This document shows, one piece after another, positions 28,165 through 32,000 of a stretch of 32,000 nt of DNA. The stretch is taken from the NCBI RefSeq assembly GCF_000011805.1, contig NC_006840.2. One strand, written 5' to 3'. This DNA comes from Aliivibrio fischeri ES114 (lineage in GTDB: Bacteria > Pseudomonadota > Gammaproteobacteria > Enterobacterales > Vibrionaceae). Positions within the stretch are counted from its first letter, which is position 1. Every line of letters starts with the position of its first letter. The notes below the pieces were generated by a model. That model saw only the letters and a program-made list of their open reading frames with translations, did no database searches and was not told the origin of the DNA. The position numbers and the translations under genes were made by a program.

Positions 28165-28842
28165 TTACCCTTTCCATTCATACAGAGCAGGAATTTCAAT
28201 TTTCTGTCCTTTAAATTCAACAACCACGTTTCTTGGATTAATTTCTAACAAAGAAGTATTCGATGTAATGTGTCCACCAATATTCACTTCTTTCCCATTA
28301 ACTTTTACCCAACGACGGCTTGGTTTCGATGTGTAGTTATGCGTTTGAAAATTCATTGCAGGTAGGCGACCTATAAATTGACCTGCATTTTTATCTAATG
28401 CGACCACGCCAGACTTAATCTCGGACTCTTCTGTTTCTGGTTCAATATATTCCTGTTCCGGATCGCTCAATATCGATTCAAACCGAGCAGCCAATTCCGG
28501 AGACAACTCAGACAAGTCCAATTCATTCACATTGAAATCACCAGAATCCCCCATGCTTTTATTTTTTGCTACCACCTTTGTTTCGGGTTCTGAAACCAAA
28601 GGAGGTGAAGTCGTATTACCTTTATTTTTAGCTGACGACACTAATGCGAGCTTCGTTGCTTGAATAGGTAATTTTTGAGTATCTACCTCTGGAAATGAAA
28701 GCTCTGTATAGGTAGAAGGTGGAATAATGATCTCTTGCTGCTGAGCTTGATAATAAGGCCAAACTATATAAGCACTAAGCGATAACGGAGGTAGAATAAT
28801 AATCACACCAATGAGTACGGGAGATATCGATTTCGACAACAT
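28165..28842 (-). CDS. gspB: type II secretion accessory protein GspB/ExeB
   Basis: Single N-terminal TM (PVLIGVIIILPPLSL) followed by a periplasmic domain. It starts 1 nt after the gspA/exeA stop (TAAtATG), with GGAG upstream. The pairing with ExeA is characteristic. The ORF-track start at 28887 would overlap exeA. Confidence 0.75.
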   Translation of the reverse strand: MLSKSISPVLIGVIIILPPLSLSAYIVWPYYQAQQQEIIIPPSTYTELSFPEVDTQKLPIQATKLALVSSAKNKGNTTSPPLVSEPETKVVAKNKSMGDSGDFNVNELDLSELSPELAARFESILSDPEQEYIEPETEESEIKSGVVALDKNAGQFIGRLPAMNFQTHNYTSKPSRRWVKVNGKEVNIGGHITSNTSLLEINPRNVVVEFKGQKIEIPALYEWKG

Positions 28843-28843
28843 A

Positions 28844-30400
28844 TTAATCTTCTCCTTGTAATAACGGAGCATTTGCATTGGTAACACTATCCAACCACAT
28901 CAAAGTACTAGAACCAGCAATGCCGTCCTCTTTCAAACCAAAAATTTCCTGAAACTGCTTCACTTGTTGTTCCGTTTTTTCATCGAAGAAATCTGACTCA
29001 ATCATAGGCTGCTCTAGCGCGGTTGAAAGTAGGTGATTTAATGCAAAAATAGCTTCACCTTCGTCTCCTTTTCGCATCGCACGCTCTGTAATTATTGGCT
29101 TTTGCCATAATTGCACGTATGCCCCATTCCAGTGGCGACTAAACCATTGGTGTGATACTTCCACACGCTTAGAAGGAAGCAACAACTCAATACCTTTAGA
29201 GCTCACACGATATACAATAGCTAGCAGACCTTCGCCAGAATATTCTTGTAACCAAACAACCGCAGGACGATTCACAGCAAGCAAATCATTTAACGTTCCG
29301 TTGTCATCTAAACAATATAATTGCGCACGTTTTGCATTGGTACAGTTAGCTTGGAATGAATTGACAGAGTAGCCCCATACGGAAAGTAACTGTTTAAATG
29401 CATCAGATTGATCATGAAACCCCACTAAAGGCGCTTCAACAACTGGTTCTTGTATTGGAAAATGCTTATCTAAATAACTAGGCAGCATAGAATAAATGCC
29501 AAAGCACAACAAAGCCGATACACCGATAGCGGCTAACGGAATAAAGCGACGCGCTTGAATATTTATAGATGAATGTTCAGTAGTAGAAACAACCTGCCAG
29601 TCAAGAACCAACTCACTTGCTTTTTTAAGCGCCGCTTGATCTATTTTTTGATTGCCATTTTGATAGCTCACCCACAATGCTTTATCACATAATAAGTTAA
29701 CTAAACGAGGTACCCCATTTGAGTACTGAGCAATTTTTTTAATTAATGATGAAGAAAATAACGAAGTATCTCCACCAGCTACGCCTAAACGGTGGACAAT
29801 ATAATGTTCAATCTCTTGTGGCGTTAATGGTAATAAGTGGTATCTCGCAGTAATTCGCTGCGCTAATTGTCGTAAATTCGTTTGCTGCAATTTTTGCTGC
29901 AGTTCAGGCTGACCAATTAATAAGACTTTTAATAGCTTATCGCTATCGGTTTCAAAGTTTGTTAATAAGCGCAGCTGCTCAAGAACATCAGGGCCAAGAT
30001 GCTGAGCTTCGTCGATAGCAACAATGGTCTGGTAGCCTTTTTCGTTTTCACTTTTTAAGTAGTGAACAATGTTATCGGTTAGCTGCTTTAATGAAGCAAG
30101 AGAAGAATACGCAATTTCAAATTCATCGCAAATCGCTTCTAATAGTTCTTGAGCACTAAACATAGGGTTTAAAATTAAAGCTAAATTCACCTTTTCATCT
30201 AACTGAGAAAATAACGCTCTTGAAACCGTTGTTTTACCTGTCCCTACTTCCCCAGTTAATAATGCAAAACCACCACCTTGCCCTAAACCAGATAATAGGT
30301 AATTCAATGCTTCTTTATGACGCTCACTTAGATAAAGAAATCGTGCATTCGGGGTCATTGAAAATGGCAACTCATCAAAGCCAAAAAAATCTTGGTACAT
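28844..30400 (-). CDS. gspA: type II secretion accessory ATPase GspA/ExeA (AAA ATPase with C-terminal peptidoglycan-binding domain)
   Basis: N-terminus MYQDFFGFDELPF, Walker A GEVGTGKT, Walker B VAIDEAQHL, a central TM (LAAIGVSALLCFGIY), and a C-terminal PG_binding_1-like motif (VKQFQEIFGLKEDGIAGSSTLMWL). Confidence 0.88.
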   Translation of the reverse strand: MYQDFFGFDELPFSMTPNARFLYLSERHKEALNYLLSGLGQGGGFALLTGEVGTGKTTVSRALFSQLDEKVNLALILNPMFSAQELLEAICDEFEIAYSSLASLKQLTDNIVHYLKSENEKGYQTIVAIDEAQHLGPDVLEQLRLLTNFETDSDKLLKVLLIGQPELQQKLQQTNLRQLAQRITARYHLLPLTPQEIEHYIVHRLGVAGGDTSLFSSSLIKKIAQYSNGVPRLVNLLCDKALWVSYQNGNQKIDQAALKKASELVLDWQVVSTTEHSSINIQARRFIPLAAIGVSALLCFGIYSMLPSYLDKHFPIQEPVVEAPLVGFHDQSDAFKQLLSVWGYSVNSFQANCTNAKRAQLYCLDDNGTLNDLLAVNRPAVVWLQEYSGEGLLAIVYRVSSKGIELLLPSKRVEVSHQWFSRHWNGAYVQLWQKPIITERAMRKGDEGEAIFALNHLLSTALEQPMIESDFFDEKTEQQVKQFQEIFGLKEDGIAGSSTLMWLDSVTNANAPLLQGED

Positions 30401-30536
30401 AAGGTTAAATCTATCCTAATCAGCTCAACAAAAAAAGCATGGGAATAAAAAGTCGAAAAACTCTATTTGCACGGTATCATTGGATGTAAGAAAGTAAAGA
30501 AAGTTCTCTTTATCTTGGCAGCGATTAGGACAAAAC

Positions 30537-31760
30537 GTGAAAATTTATTTAGTTGGCGGTGCAGTTCGAGATTCACTTCTCAATATTGATGTAAAAGACA
30601 AAGACTGGGTTGTTGTTGGTTCGACTCCACAGAAAATGGATTCTCTCGGTTATCAAACCGTTGGACAAGATTTCCCTGTGTTTCTGAACCCGAAAACTAA
30701 AGAAGAATACGCACTCGCCCGAACGGAACGAAAAAGCGGTCAAGGTTATAAAGGATTTACTTGCTATGCAGAGCCAGATGTCACATTAGAAGAAGATTTA
30801 TTACGCCGAGACCTAACAATTAATGCCATCGCTCAAGCTGATAATGGTGAGCTCATCGACCCTTATAATGGCCAACAAGACATTATAGACCGCACACTTC
30901 GCCATGTATCTGATGCATTTACTGAAGATCCCTTGCGAGTTCTGCGTGTCGCTCGTTTTGCTGCTCGTTTTCATCATTTAGGCTTTACGGTTGCCCCTGA
31001 AACCATGCATCTAATGAAAGTATTAGTGGATAGTGGTGAACTCTCTCATTTAACAGCTGAGCGAGTGTGGCAAGAGTGGCAAAAATCATTATCTAGCCAG
31101 CACCCTGAAATCTTTCTTTCTACGCTAAAAGAGTGTGGTGCTCTTGCTATTGTGCTACCTGAACTCAATGCTTTATTTGGTATACCACAACCAGAAAAGT
31201 GGCACCCTGAAATTGATACGGGAATTCACACCCTAATGGTCGCTCAGCAAGCAGCTCTATTAAGCCAAGACTTACCGACTCGCTTTGCAGCGCAAGTGCA
31301 TGACCTTGGGAAAGGTGTCACGCCAGAATCAGAATGGCCAAGCCATAAACTGCATTGCCATACAGGGATAAAACTGATTAAAAGATTGTGTGATCGTGTT
31401 CGTGTACCAAATGACTATCGAGATCTTGCTCTATTAGTATGTGAGCATCACTCTAATATCCACAGAGCAGCAGAATTACGAGCACAAACCTTCATTAAAA
31501 TATTCGATAAAATGGATGTGTGGCGTAAACCAGAGCGCTTAGCTCCTATACTACTTTGCTGCCAAGCTGATCATGCAGGAAGATTGGGGTTAGAAACTCA
31601 ACCTTACCCACAAAAAAAACGTTTTGAAGCGGCATTTGATGCTGCAAAAAATGTGGAAGTGAAAGATGTGGTTGCAGCAGGATTTAAAGGACCTGAGATC
31701 AGAGAAGAGTTAAGCAAAAGACGAATTGAAGCGGTGAAAGATAAGTTGAATATCAAATAA
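30537..31760 (+). CDS. cca: multifunctional CCA-adding tRNA nucleotidyltransferase / phosphohydrolase
   Basis: GTG start. [15 protein letters not shown] matches the E. coli Cca N-terminus closely ([15 protein letters not shown], one S/A difference). RRDLTINA and the HD-domain motif HDLGKG are present. 407 aa. Confidence 0.95.
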   Translation: MKIYLVGGAVRDSLLNIDVKDKDWVVVGSTPQKMDSLGYQTVGQDFPVFLNPKTKEEYALARTERKSGQGYKGFTCYAEPDVTLEEDLLRRDLTINAIAQADNGELIDPYNGQQDIIDRTLRHVSDAFTEDPLRVLRVARFAARFHHLGFTVAPETMHLMKVLVDSGELSHLTAERVWQEWQKSLSSQHPEIFLSTLKECGALAIVLPELNALFGIPQPEKWHPEIDTGIHTLMVAQQAALLSQDLPTRFAAQVHDLGKGVTPESEWPSHKLHCHTGIKLIKRLCDRVRVPNDYRDLALLVCEHHSNIHRAAELRAQTFIKIFDKMDVWRKPERLAPILLCCQADHAGRLGLETQPYPQKKRFEAAFDAAKNVEVKDVVAAGFKGPEIREELSKRRIEAVKDKLNIK

Positions 31761-31811
31761 GCTATACGCACGCTAACTAGAACGCTTCGCTCTAGAAACT
31801 ATAAAAGCCAA

Positions 31812-31904
31812 GGTTTCAGGTTTCAGGTTTCAGGTTTCAGGTTTCAGGTTTCAGGTTTCAGGTTTCAGGTTTCAGGTTTCAGGTTTCAGGTTTCAGGTTT
31901 CAGG
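31812..31904. repeat. perfect heptanucleotide tandem repeat (GGTTTCA)x13 plus a partial GG
   Basis: Counted directly: unit starts fall at 31812, 31819 ... 31896 with no substitutions. The array begins 52 nt after the cca stop. The period is not a multiple of 3 and no long ORF covers it. Confidence 0.98.
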
Positions 31905-32000
31905 AAAATCAAAACCGAATACACCCAAAACCTGCAAGCATAATATCCTAAAGCCTAGAACATTGTCACTCTAGCAATACTTGCTCTATCGTCTCTAGTC

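Noticed and set aside
31812-31904. The tandem repeat read as a CRISPR array or as a coding heptapeptide repeat (GFRFQVS)n.
   Set aside because: There are no spacers between the units, so it is not a CRISPR array. The units are contiguous 7-mers, and no ORF of 60 aa or more with a plausible start covers the array. It is best treated as a non-coding microsatellite.
1-32000. A hidden defence island, mobile element or other novel multi-gene system in this window.
   Set aside because: Every ORF over 140 aa has a confident housekeeping or well-known accessory assignment in conserved synteny. No integrase, transposase or recombinase genes, no tRNA attachment site, no flanking direct repeats and no unassigned gene cluster are visible.

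Overview
This window is 32 kb of tightly packed, conserved chromosomal backbone from an AT-rich gammaproteobacterium. Gene order and protein sequences look like Vibrionaceae, probably Aliivibrio or Vibrio; that assignment is inference. I can support 27 protein-coding genes. I see no rRNA, tRNA, CRISPR array, transposase, integrase or phage gene. The order is: petC (partial)-petB-petA (cytochrome bc1); rpsI-rplM; zapE divergent from zapG-degQ-degS; parC-parE-yqiA-cpdA-yqiB-nudF divergent from tolC; hldE-glnE; a methyl-accepting chemoreceptor divergent from a voltage-sensor K+ channel; ygiF divergent from DUF47-PiT phosphate transporter; ygiM; gspB-gspA (exeB/exeA) divergent from cca. Several six-frame ORFs are over-extended at the 5' end. 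I re-set the starts of petA, rpsI, zapE, zapG, yqiB, hldE, glnE, ygiF and gspB from homolog N-termini, using Shine-Dalgarno position where one is visible (the zapE SD is weak). I do not see a convincing novel multi-gene system such as a defence island, toxin-antitoxin pair or biosynthetic cluster. Nearly every gene has a well-known ortholog in conserved synteny. The most unusual items are a mutation-free 13-copy heptanucleotide microsatellite (GGTTTCA)13 downstream of cca; three two-gene accessory insertions in the otherwise enterobacterial-like hldE-glnE-ygiF-ygiM-cca block; a structured ~130-nt rplM leader; and a few intergenic palindromes or repeats that may be operators.
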